Shown piece after piece: positions 52,681 through 62,900 of a DNA stretch of 64,000 nt. The translations under genes and the position numbers were made by a program. The notes under the pieces were generated by a model. It had not been told where the DNA came from. It saw nothing but the letters and a program-made list of their open reading frames with translations, and searched no databases. The stretch spans positions 15,941,653 through 16,005,652 of the forward strand of contig NC_134028.1 in NCBI RefSeq assembly GCF_964204645.1, read 5' to 3'. Numbering within the stretch: the stretch's first letter is position 1; each line of letters starts with the position of its first letter. The stretch is from Tubulanus polymorphus. Taxonomy: Eukaryota > Animalia > Nemertea.

Positions 52681-55538
52681 GATGTTATAGATATATTATA
52701 TTATGAGAATCATTATATGTGGATAAAACGTATTGATTTATTTTTCAAATCAGAAAATGATTTTGATAATAAAATATATCTATGTAGAAAATGTATAACT
52801 AAATTCAGAACTGAAAGTGCATTATTAAATCATGAACAATTATGTGAAAATCATGATTATTGTAAATTAGTTTTACCAAATGAAAAGGATAAAATATTAG
52901 AATTAAAAAAATATGATTACAAAAATAAAGCACCATTTGTAATATATGGAGATTTTGAATCATTAAATAAAGAATTAACTGATCAAGATAGAAAAGAAAT
53001 ATATTATAAAAGAAAGAAATTAAATTCTAATGAAAATGATTTTTCAGATGAACCACCAAAAACAAATACTATTAAAAAGATTCATCAATCAGCTGCAGCT
53101 TTCGGGTTATACATTAAATCTGATTATCCAGAACTAATTGAAAGTGAATATTATGATTATAGAAATGAAAATGTTATCAATCATTTTTGTGACTTATTAA
53201 TTGAATATGAAATAAGATTTAGTAAATTATTGAATACAAATAAAGAAATAATTATGACAGAAGAAGATAAAGAAGAATTTGTGTTTTCAGGTAAATGTTA
53301 TTATTGTGAAAAGATATTTAATTATAAAGATAAAAAAGTAAGAGACCATGATCATTTGAATGGAAAGTTTAGAGGCGCTGCACATGAGAATTGTAACTTA
53401 CAAGCTAAGAAAATTAACTTTGTACCAGTTATATTTCATAATCTATCAGGATATGATGCACATTTATTCATCAAACAGTTATGCCATAAAATAGAAGAAA
53501 TCAATAATGAAATAGAAATATTAAATTCAAATAGATCAAAAGATAAAATACCAACTTATAAATTTAGAATGTTAGCTAAAACATCTGAGAATTATATATC
53601 ATTCCAATTTGGTTGCCTCAGATTTATAGATTCATATAGATTTTTAAATAGTTCATTAGATAACTTATCAAAATCATTAGTCGATGATGAATTAAAGATA
53701 TTAAAAGAATATTACCCAAATATTGATGATTTTAAATTAATGAGATATAAAGGCGCAATTCCATATTCATTTTATAAATCACATAATGATTTTAAAATAA
53801 CTGAATTATTGAAAGAACAATTCTATGATGAATTAAAAAATGAATATGTTAAAGATGAAGTATATAATAGAACATTGAATATTTGGAATCATTTCAAAAT
53901 AGAAAATCATGGGCAATTAGTAGATTTATATTTAAAATCAGATGTATTATTATTAACCGATATATTCGAAAGGTTTAGAGATGTAAACCTAAAATATTTC
54001 AATATTGATCCTTGTCATTGTTATTCATCACCAGGATTAACATGGGATTGTGGATTAAAATTTACAAATATAAAAATGGATTTGTTAACAAATATAGATC
54101 AATTACTATTATTTGAAAAATCTATAAGAGGAGGAGTTTCAGGTGTATTAGGTGATATATATTTCAATGTAAATGATAACCCTGGATATAAGTTATTATA
54201 TATAGATGCAAATAATTTGTATGGTTGGGCAATGATGGAACCACACCCTTATGGAGTATTTGAATTAACTGAAGTTTTACAGAATGAAAATAATGATAAA
54301 TTTGATCGGAAGAAAAGAATTCTAGATATTGCAGATGATTCAGATACTGGTTACTTCTTTGTTGTAGATTTAGAATATCCTGAACATATTAAATTTAAAT
54401 CTAGAAATCTAGCTTACTGTCCCGAACATAAAACTGTAACTCATGAAGAATTATCAAATTACCAAAAAAGAATTAAACCCGAAAATCATATTCATACAGA
54501 AAAGTTAATGGTAACTCAAGAAGATAAATATAATTATGTAGTACATTATAGAATGTTAAAGTTTTATCTAAATCAAGGAATGGTTCTAAAAAAGTACATA
54601 GATATATTTCATTTAGTCAATCTAAGTGGTTAGAAAAATATATAGATTTTAACACCAAACAGAGAACTAAAGCTAAAACTGATTTCGAGAAAGATTTCTT
54701 CAAGTTAATGAATAATGCATTCTATGGTAAGACTTGTGAAAATATCAGAAATAGAAATGATATTGAGTTAGTTAGTAATGGTAAAAGAATTAGACATTTA
54801 CAAACATATCCTAAGTTCATTGGTAACAGAATATTTGATGAAAATTTAGCTGCAGTTAAGATGAGAAGAACTTCTATGAAATTTAATAAACCAATCTATG
54901 TTGGCGCTTCAGTTTTAGAATTATCAAATTTACTAATGTATGAATTCTATTATAATGTATTACAACCACTTTTTGGAGAAAAACATATAGAAATATTATA
55001 TTTTGATACCGACAGTTACATATTAAAGATAAAAACTGATAACATAACTGATGATTTAAAAACATTAAAACATCATTTTGATTTTAGTAACTATCCTAAA
55101 GATTATGAATTGTTTAGCAATGATAATAAAAAAGTTCCCGGTAAATTCAAAGATGAATTAGGTGGTGAAGAAATGAATGAATTCATTGGTATTAGATCTA
55201 AAATGTATTCATATAAAACTAAAACTCATGAAGCTAAAAAGTTAAAAGGAATAACCAAAAGTGTAGTAGAAAAGAATATTCATTTCAAAGATTACATCAA
55301 TTGTATATTCAATGAAGAAGTTAGAAAACATAAGATGAGATGTTTAAGATCTGAAGATCATGAAATGTTTATTGAAGAAATTGAAAAGATAAGTCTAAAC
55401 CCATTTGATGATAAAAGATATATTTTAGATGATGGAATTCATACAGTTGCTTATGGTTGCAATTTAGATGAATACTTAAAATTTAAAAGAGAAGAAACAA
55501 AAGAGAACGAGATAATGAAAAGAATTCTAACGTGTTAA
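52681..55538 (+). pseudogene. polB: Protein-primed family B DNA polymerase with HNH/EndoVII insertion; one frameshift at ~54590, N-terminus missing
   Basis: Exo I YGDFES, Exo II FHNLSGYDAH, Exo III YLKSDV, YIDANNLYG, KLMNNAFYGK, YFDTDS; HNH CYYC...RDHDHLNGKFRGAAHENCN. ORFs 52717-54633 and 54708-55538 join across an A-run (KKVHRYISFSQSKWLEKYIDFN). Confidence 0.95.
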
Positions 55539-55567
55539 TCAAATTTTAATAAAAATATGTTATTAAA

Positions 55568-55921
55568 ATGGAGAGTAAACAAGCGCACAGTGAGAACAAC
55601 AAATCATTTCTAGATAGAATAAAAGATACTACAAATGTAAAATCTGTAGATTATAAATTCAAAAAGTTAACAGAATTAACAATCCATAAGAAATATCTAA
55701 TTACAAATATTGATACAGTTACTAGTAACTGTGGAGATAAATTAGTTATACACTTAGAATATGAAGGATTAAAAGGAAATACATAAAAATTCAGAACATA
55801 TTTACCGGATAGATTTCATAGATTATCAAGTGAAGATTTAGAAGAATTATGTTCTGGAGATTTCTATTTCGTATACAAAGGTAAGAATGAAAAAGGACAC
55901 CATGAAATAGATTTCGAATAA
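55568..55921 (+). pseudogene. Small protein, putative OB-fold ssDNA-binding type; frameshift at ~55785
   Basis: FKKLTEL..KKYLITNI.TV...GDKLVIHL..(frameshift)..FRTYLPDRF...FVYKG; conserved in all three copies. Fold is inferred. Confidence 0.55.
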
Positions 55922-55935
55922 AATATGTAAAATAA

Positions 55936-56683
55936 ATGGTAGAATTAAAAGAATACAGAATATTTGTTGATTCTAGAAGACTTACAAATTATAAATCTCA
56001 TAATTTACTAGTACAATTAGATAGAGAATTCAAGAATTGTGTAGATTTAAAATTAGTTAATATAAGTTTATGTAATTCTTTTTACAATGTATCGGATAAA
56101 ACTTTTGAACATAGAGGGTTTATGATTTATATGAGAAATAAAGATAAATGGTTTCATATATTTTTAAAACCAGGATTATATAATTTAGAATCATTAGCGC
56201 AGGAAATTAATAGAAGAGCTCGGTTGAAAATCGGGGGCACTTCTGATTAAATTTAATAAAATTGATAGTACTAATAAAATAAGAATAAAGATATCTAATG
56301 AACAACATAAATTTATGGTAAACAAACCACTGGCTAAAATGTTAGGAATTAAACCACTTACAGTTACTGGAAACGCACAAGGCAGCTCAAATATAATACC
56401 TTTTACACACTTTTATATTTATTGCAATTTAATCGATCCTACAAAAACATTCGAAGCAACTAAAGAAACAATTTGTAGTTCTAGTATACTAAATATTTTA
56501 CCGCTAAAAAATGTTAAACAATTTGGAACTCAAATAAATTATAATTTAACAGAATGTGATTTTAAACCTTGCATTCCTAAATTTAATAATTTTAAATTAG
56601 AAATAAGAAATCATAATGGATATTTAATTGATTTGAATAACTTTTCTGTGATATATGAATTAGTTATAAGATGTAGAGAGTAA
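55936..56683 (+). pseudogene. Minor capsid (penton, single jelly-roll)-like protein; frameshift ~56235
   Basis: IFVDSR, LVNISLCNSFYNV, LKPGLYN...EIN, LAKMLG, FYIYCNLI, ILNILPL, LEIRNHNG.LIDLNN....EL.I pattern typical of Polinton/PLV pentons. Confidence 0.78.
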
Positions 56684-56700
56684 TTTTTTTCACTTTATAA

Positions 56701-57054
56701 ATGAATATAACTGTTGGACCGAGTATATGTTTTGGATTTGATTTTAAACTTGAGAAAGAAATGAAATTTAACGTTAATGATGTAATTACACATATCAAAA
56801 ATATCACATTTTCTAATGAAACAACATTTGAGTTTGAAAAAACAATAGATAAAGAAACTTTAAATGTAGAAAAGATTACTAATTTAATTAGAGAATCTTT
56901 AAGATATTATGAATTAGATGAAGATTTTATCATCGATGATATTAAAAAAAATAATAATTGAAATATATACAAATGAAACTAGTAATGAAATAAATGTTGA
57001 ATTAATCATAAATAAGTTAACTAAATATTTTGATGATAGTAATTTTTTTGATAA
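56701..57054 (+). pseudogene. Hypothetical viral protein (frameshift near 56950)
   Basis: ORF 56701-56961 with homologue at ~28840-29170 on the minus strand. Confidence 0.6.
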
Positions 57055-57058
57055 ATAA

Positions 57059-57281
57059 ATGAGTGATAATAAGAGGATAATAACTGGATTATATAATGGC
57101 GCATTACTATCAGTTGGAACTTTTGGTTATTCAATGGTATTAAAAAAAAGTATTCAAAATGGGAAGTGTTAATGTTGATAGATTTGATATAAATGATATT
57201 TTAAAATTAACATTAGCAGTTACTTTATCTAATTTAACTATTGATTATTTGGAAAAACAAAAATATATTCCTCCCATATAA
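57059..57281 (+). pseudogene. Small hydrophobic viral protein (~73 aa, A-run frameshift)
   Basis: MSDNKRIITGLYNGALLSVGTFGYSMVLKK...FDINDILKLTLAVTLSNLTIDYLEKQKYIPPI*; homologue at ~28605-28827. Confidence 0.7.
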
Positions 57282-57388
57282 ATACATAATTATTTTACTA
57301 AATAAATGGCTTCTGCAGTTATAACTATTATAGGATCGGAGTAGTTATACTGTCCCGGTATAGGCGGGTGTTGTTGTGGTTGTGGTTA

Positions 57389-57565
57389 ACCGGAAGTGAC
57401 GTAATCCAAGATGGCGACCGGAAGTGACGTAATCCAAGATGGCGACCGGAAGTGACGTAATCAAAGATGGCGACCGGAAGTGACGTAATCCAAGATGGCG
57501 GATCCAAGATGGCGGATCCAAGATGGTGGCAGGAAGTTATGTCATCCAAGATGGCGGATCCAAGA
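57389..57565 (+). promoter_or_regulatory. TIR tandem array: 4 x 28 bp ACCGGAAGTGACGTAATCCAAGATGGCG plus 14-bp subunits
   Basis: Each unit contains ETS-type CCGGAAGT, CRE/ATF-like TGACGTAA and YY1-type AAGATGGCG motifs. Confidence 0.8.
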
Positions 57566-57728
57566 TAGCGGGAAAATTTAAAAAATACATCGGGCGAGTT
57601 CGGGCAAAAGCTATTTCGGATACGGGTCTGGGCAAGATTTTTGTAACAATAGAAACAACATCGCCACCTACAATCCATCGACAATAGACAGGTCATTTCA
57701 TTTAGAGACGAGACACACAACGAGCAAC

Positions 57729-58529
57729 ATGTACTCTCCGGTTATCTCATCGTCACCTAACGAAAACGACGTTATCAGCAACAAAATACGGATACATCAG
57801 TACCAAAGGAGAAGAAAAGTAAAAAGAATCTTGATATAGGTATGTATTTAACTCTCTCAGATTTTTTCAACTTATATTCTCAATATCAATTCGGGTTAGT
57901 AATCTATCCTAAATCTTATCGTTTCAGGAGATACAGCAACACCGAATTCTCTGAATGATAACACTAGCAAATCGGATACGCAGTTTTATCTAGGAATGCT
58001 AGTTTATGTCAGTCCTACTACGTGGAACGATACGAAAAGAATTGACATTCGACATTACGATTGTAGCGCAAAAAGATGGGCATATCCGACCAAAAATGGA
58101 ATATCTCTATACATTCAAGAGTGGGTACATTTAAACTTTTGCAAAATGGAAATCGACAACGCAATCAATCGCGCTAAAGCTGGAGACTACGACTCTAGCG
58201 TATCCAGTTTAGGGAGAGATAATTACGTTAAAGTCTACAAATCTCGAGAGAGCCACCGCGTGTACGTTGATATACGATATTATCGTCTCGTCGATGACAA
58301 GGGTACCAGAGAAGCGACCAAAAAAGGTGTTAAATTGTCTCTTGCGCAGTGGAATAATTTGAAAGATATTGACTTAAGCGATATAATACCAGAACTCAAA
58401 ACTACCAGACCATGTATATTCACTCACTTTAATCAGGAAGACTTTTGCTGTTTCTGTGCTACTAGAGACATTAGTGTTTTCGAGAAGATACGTGAATGTC
58501 CCGAAGTAAACAATCCTTCTGATATCTGA
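57729..58529 (+). CDS. Tandem double PC4/Sub1-domain ssDNA-binding protein, spliced (intron 57840-57927)
   Basis: Two PC4 motifs: IDIRHY...PTKNGISL..EW and VDIRYY...ATKKGVKLSLAQW. GTATGT...TTTCAG intron gives in-frame FYLGMLVYVS; exon 1 needs a 1-nt correction near 57758. Confidence 0.85.
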
Positions 58530-58884
58530 GTTACTTATTTTACATATTCGCATATTATTGTAATTACTTTGAAGAATAAACGAAAATGTCCTTTTTTATT
58601 AAATGATAACGAGCGTATTTTCTTTTACTCATGGGAGGAGTGCTCAAAAGGATCGAAGGTGGCAACGAGAAAAAAAACAACAAATTATTTTCATGGTTGA
58701 AATATCATATGTTCACGTTTTATTTTTCATAAAAGTTCTTATGAGAATATTTACACAAAGTCATAACAACATTCACATGGAGATAGCAAAGTAACAACGG
58801 AAGCAACACATTTTCTTGGTAGAAATATGAAAATGATATGTTTTTTATTCCATGGAAACAATAAGCTATGAGAATATTTACAAG

Positions 58885-59500
58885 ATAATTACAAACTCAG
58901 TTCTTTATTGCATCAAAAAAAAAATAATTACAAACTCAATGGATTAGATTAATATATAAAATATAATACTAATATTTCAGTTCTTTATTGCATCAAAAAA
59001 AGATAATTACAAACTCAATGGATTAGATTAATATATAAATTATAATACTAATATTTCAGTTCTTTATTGCATCAAAAAAAAGATAATTACAAACTCAATG
59101 GATTAGATTAATATATAAATTATAATACTAATATTTCAGTTCTTTATTGCATCAATAAAAAAGATAATTACAAACTCAATGGATTAGATTAATATATAAA
59201 ATATAATACTAATATTTCAGTTCTTTATTGCATCAAAATAAGATAATTACAGAGTACATACATTACAATAATATCTGAAATAAAAATGCAATACTAATAT
59301 ATCAGTACTTTATTGTGTCTAAAACAGATAATGATACAAATAAATATCAATGTAATATCTGAAATAAAAATGCAATACTAATATTTCAGTTCTTTATTGC
59401 ATTGAAAGATAACTACAAATTAGATACATTACAATAATATCGGAAATCAAAATGCAATACTAATATTTCAGTACTTTATTGAGCCAAACAAAAATATTTA
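58885..59500. repeat. ~80-bp tandem repeat, about 8 copies, between convergent Polinton genes
   Basis: ttctttattg at 58901, 58981, 59060, 59140, 59221, then diverged copies; each gives AATAAA on the minus strand. Confidence 0.92.
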
Positions 59501-59900
59501 CAAATAAGTAACTACAAATTGACTAGATAGAACTCATGTCCCTAAATTGTATGATGCCATTAGAAACGTAATAAACGGTATATTATCGGTCGCCTATATA
59601 ATATTATTAAGCCTAATTAACTATAAGTATATCTCCCTTCCCCCGCTCCGATAGCTGACTGACAGTTCTATGCGTATTGAAAGACCGTTAGTAAATCATC
59701 GAAGCAAGCAAACAAGAGATGAAAAAATCATTTCGCGCAATCTGGTTTTGTTTAGTACTTCTGAGACCAATGTTACGAGGCAACTTTCCAGCTACCACTG
59801 TGCGCAAATAAACTGAGTTTACTGTCCAAGAGCCAAGACGGAGGTAACTTTCCAGCTTATCGCGGCAATGAAACTGAGTTTACTGTCGCAACATCAGAAA

Positions 59901-62900
59901 CTAGTAACCAAACGGTAATGTGTTATATCTATTACCCGGATCAAATGCCCTTTTTGTGTACACGGCGCGGTAGGTTTTGGTCTCATCCTTGTTATAAATT
60001 ACCCCCCTCCTTATATCTCGTTTAATTGTACCCGGATTATTTACTAAAAGCTTCTCACGGGTATCGCCGGTGATTAATTTAAGCGTAGATTTGAAATTGA
60101 CGACTTGACTATTTCTGTAATTCAGATTTATCCCCTTGACTTTGCATTCATACGAATAACGGTTCGTCTCCGTATCAAGGACTTTATAGCTGTAATTTTT
60201 AGGTCCCCCCGAAACAAATTCAGTTATGTAGCAATTACGACCGAGCTCGTCTGTCATGTCGCCTAAGAAGTTACCAGTGTCTGGTTCCCATTCACCAGGC
60301 TTTACGGAATAGATGATCGAATCAGTGTCCGTATAAAGGTTTCGATCCCCTAGCTTCTCCGTGTATGTGTACAGTATGAGTCGAGCGTGAGCAGTTGTAA
60401 AAGCAGCTAAGGCAACGTTTGTTCGACTGTTTGGCTTGACAAACTCAGACTTTGTTTTGTAATATACACGGAGTACATCATCGTTACAGATGATTATGTC
60501 CGAAATTTCAACCGTCGAATCGAGAATCAACTCGTAAAATTCCCCCGGGTCCGAAATGTATTTCGCCGAAGTTTTGTTACTATTCTGACCAAATTTCCCC
60601 CACATACTGTTCAGACATAATTTTGCGACTGTTCGCAGACCCGGAATGTTTTCAATCTTATCCCCATCTAATTGGATACCTTCCCGCGCCGCGTATTCCG
60701 CTATATAGTTTAGTCTGTCATCGTCGGACATATCGCCCGATGGCCACCCACTAGATTCCGTCTTAACTTTCAGAAATTTATCGATGTACGACTTAAATAG
60801 ACCAGTTCGGTTTTCGGACCAATGCCAAACTTCATGTAAAGAAACAATTTGATAACCCATATCAAGGGCTTTGATTACTTCCAGGGTTACCCACTCGCCC
60901 GTCAATTGCCTCTCCCTGTCAGTATGTTGGCACGGCGCGTCCTGATTAATTTCATCCACACACGTTCGGCAAAGTGGGAAAGTGAGTTTCCTACCGGACC
61001 TATATGGTAAGACCGGCAGGAATAATTTCCGCGGTGGAAATACAGTGCACTTGACTAATCCGTAATATTGCCGTATATCGCCGAAGTTTTCTGTTACAAC
61101 AGTGGGATGGCCTATTGGATAGCTATATCGTGAATTTACAAATGGATATAGCGAGCAAATGTCAATGTATTTTATTCTCTCATCCTCGGATACTTTATGA
61201 TATAGTTTTATCGCATTTGTTCGGCCACCGTAAAAACATTCACGAGGTTCAAGTGGGGGCAATATGTCCGACGATTGTACAAATTCTTTAAAGGCCGCAT
61301 CAGTTCGGATCAAATTATGATAATCATGCTCCCAAAACTCTATCAGATTGTAACCAGCCCCCCTAATATTAGCTGCGCGATCAACCGTTGCCTGGTACAA
61401 TTCTCCAATGGTTAGGGTCGGTCTGATCGCAGACTTTATACGGGGATTACTATAGCATTTGGGACACCCGTGAAATAAGCACCCGTGAAACTCGTATACC
61501 GTTTTTGTCGCCTCGTCGTATCCGTCTACCGAGTACTTACCGATCCTCTCCTCACCACCGTTCAGCGCGTGCTTTAGCCTGATACCCTGCTTTTCCGAAA
61601 CCCATCTCAACCAGATGATGGCCATCTTTGAAAAATTAGCGTTCGGTCTATAACCACCGGGTGGTAGCAAAGCGATTGTATTGGGTTCCAGAAAACAGGT
61701 TCTCAAGGCCTCATTACACGCTGAAGCTATCGTGATGGATGAGTGGAACGGGTCGATACCCGTTAGATCGAATAGGAGCTGTTGGAAATGTACAACAGCA
61801 TTCATCAGAATGTCCACATCTGATCTACAGTAATCAGTTAGCTCTTGCTGCATATTAAACACAGTACCTTTCTGAGAATTGTACCAGGCAACAAGTTTCT
61901 CCCTCTCCCCACTACTGAGTCCATCCGGATTGTACATTTCTAAAGCGGGCAACGCACCCACGTAATTCAAATTCTCTACCGTACAAAACTTGTACGGAAA
62001 GTACCCCTTTTTCAATTCGCGTAAACCTAGAGTGCTAGGTATTTTAGCTAGTCTCATCGGTAAATAATTAAGCGTATCCAATATTTTCAAATCCAGCTGC
62101 TGGACGTACATATACATGATTTTACCGCCGTTCGGAATAATCTCAGGTCTAATTGCCTGGTCTAGTAAATACTTCAAAATAAAATATCCGTCGAAGGATT
62201 GAAAATTGTGGGCGAATGCGGTTGCCCCTCTATTTTGGTCATTGAATAACCACTCACAGAATTCCGTTTCATTTTGGAACATGAATTCGTTCTTACCACA
62301 ATGGGCACATTCTGAATCGCTCGTTATAGTCGAAAACTTGCACTCTTGCCAACAACGGTGTGCCATTCCAAAGATGACCTTATGAATCGAATCTTCCGTT
62401 GTCGTAGTCTCAAAATCAAACGCTACGAATTTCTTCACCTTCAATGACTCAGCATCGAATTCTTTCCCTCCCTGGAGGTACGGGTTTATCAAGACACCCG
62501 CCTCGGTATTAACGACGTGTGTGTCGTTTTTCTTGACACCGATATAGCATAAGTGTCCTATGGGTCGTTTTTCTTGACACGCCGAGCAATACTTAATACC
62601 GCAGTCGTGGTCGGCTGAGGCGATTTTTTCGCGTTTTACAAATTGACCGCATGCCTTACACCTCGCTCGACTGTCGCACAACGACATCCCGCTAGCCAAG
62701 CTTTTCAAATGATTGGCGTAGCACCCCTGTCCCTTGTAATAGATGTTACATCTATTGCAATGTATCGAATTCCCCGCTTTACAACCAACACCGAGACACA
62801 ACCGACAGTGATCGAAACACGGATGTGCCTCCTTATGATTAAACGCTTTCCTACACTTATAACAGAAGTACTTCTTACACGTGAACGCTGTCATGCTTGT

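Larger units (their letters stand above)
52680..57339 (+). mobile_element. AT-rich Polinton-like virus, copy 1 (5'-truncated; interrupted on the right by a Polinton)
   Basis: Tightly packed same-strand ORFs without apparent introns: pPolB, SSB-like, penton-like, three small ORFs; sharp composition changes at both ends. Confidence 0.88.

Noticed and set aside
54633-54708. Naturally split two-subunit PolB
   Set aside because: A single-base shift in an A-run at ~54590 restores continuous conserved sequence.
57389-57500. CRISPR-like 28-bp repeats
   Set aside because: Units are head-to-tail with no spacers, no cas genes, eukaryotic Polinton TIR context.
57328-57720. 130-aa minus-strand ORF
   Set aside because: Translation of the TIR tandem repeats and it crosses the element boundary.
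58885-59500. CRISPR-like array
   Set aside because: The whole 80-bp unit is repeated; there are no unique spacers.
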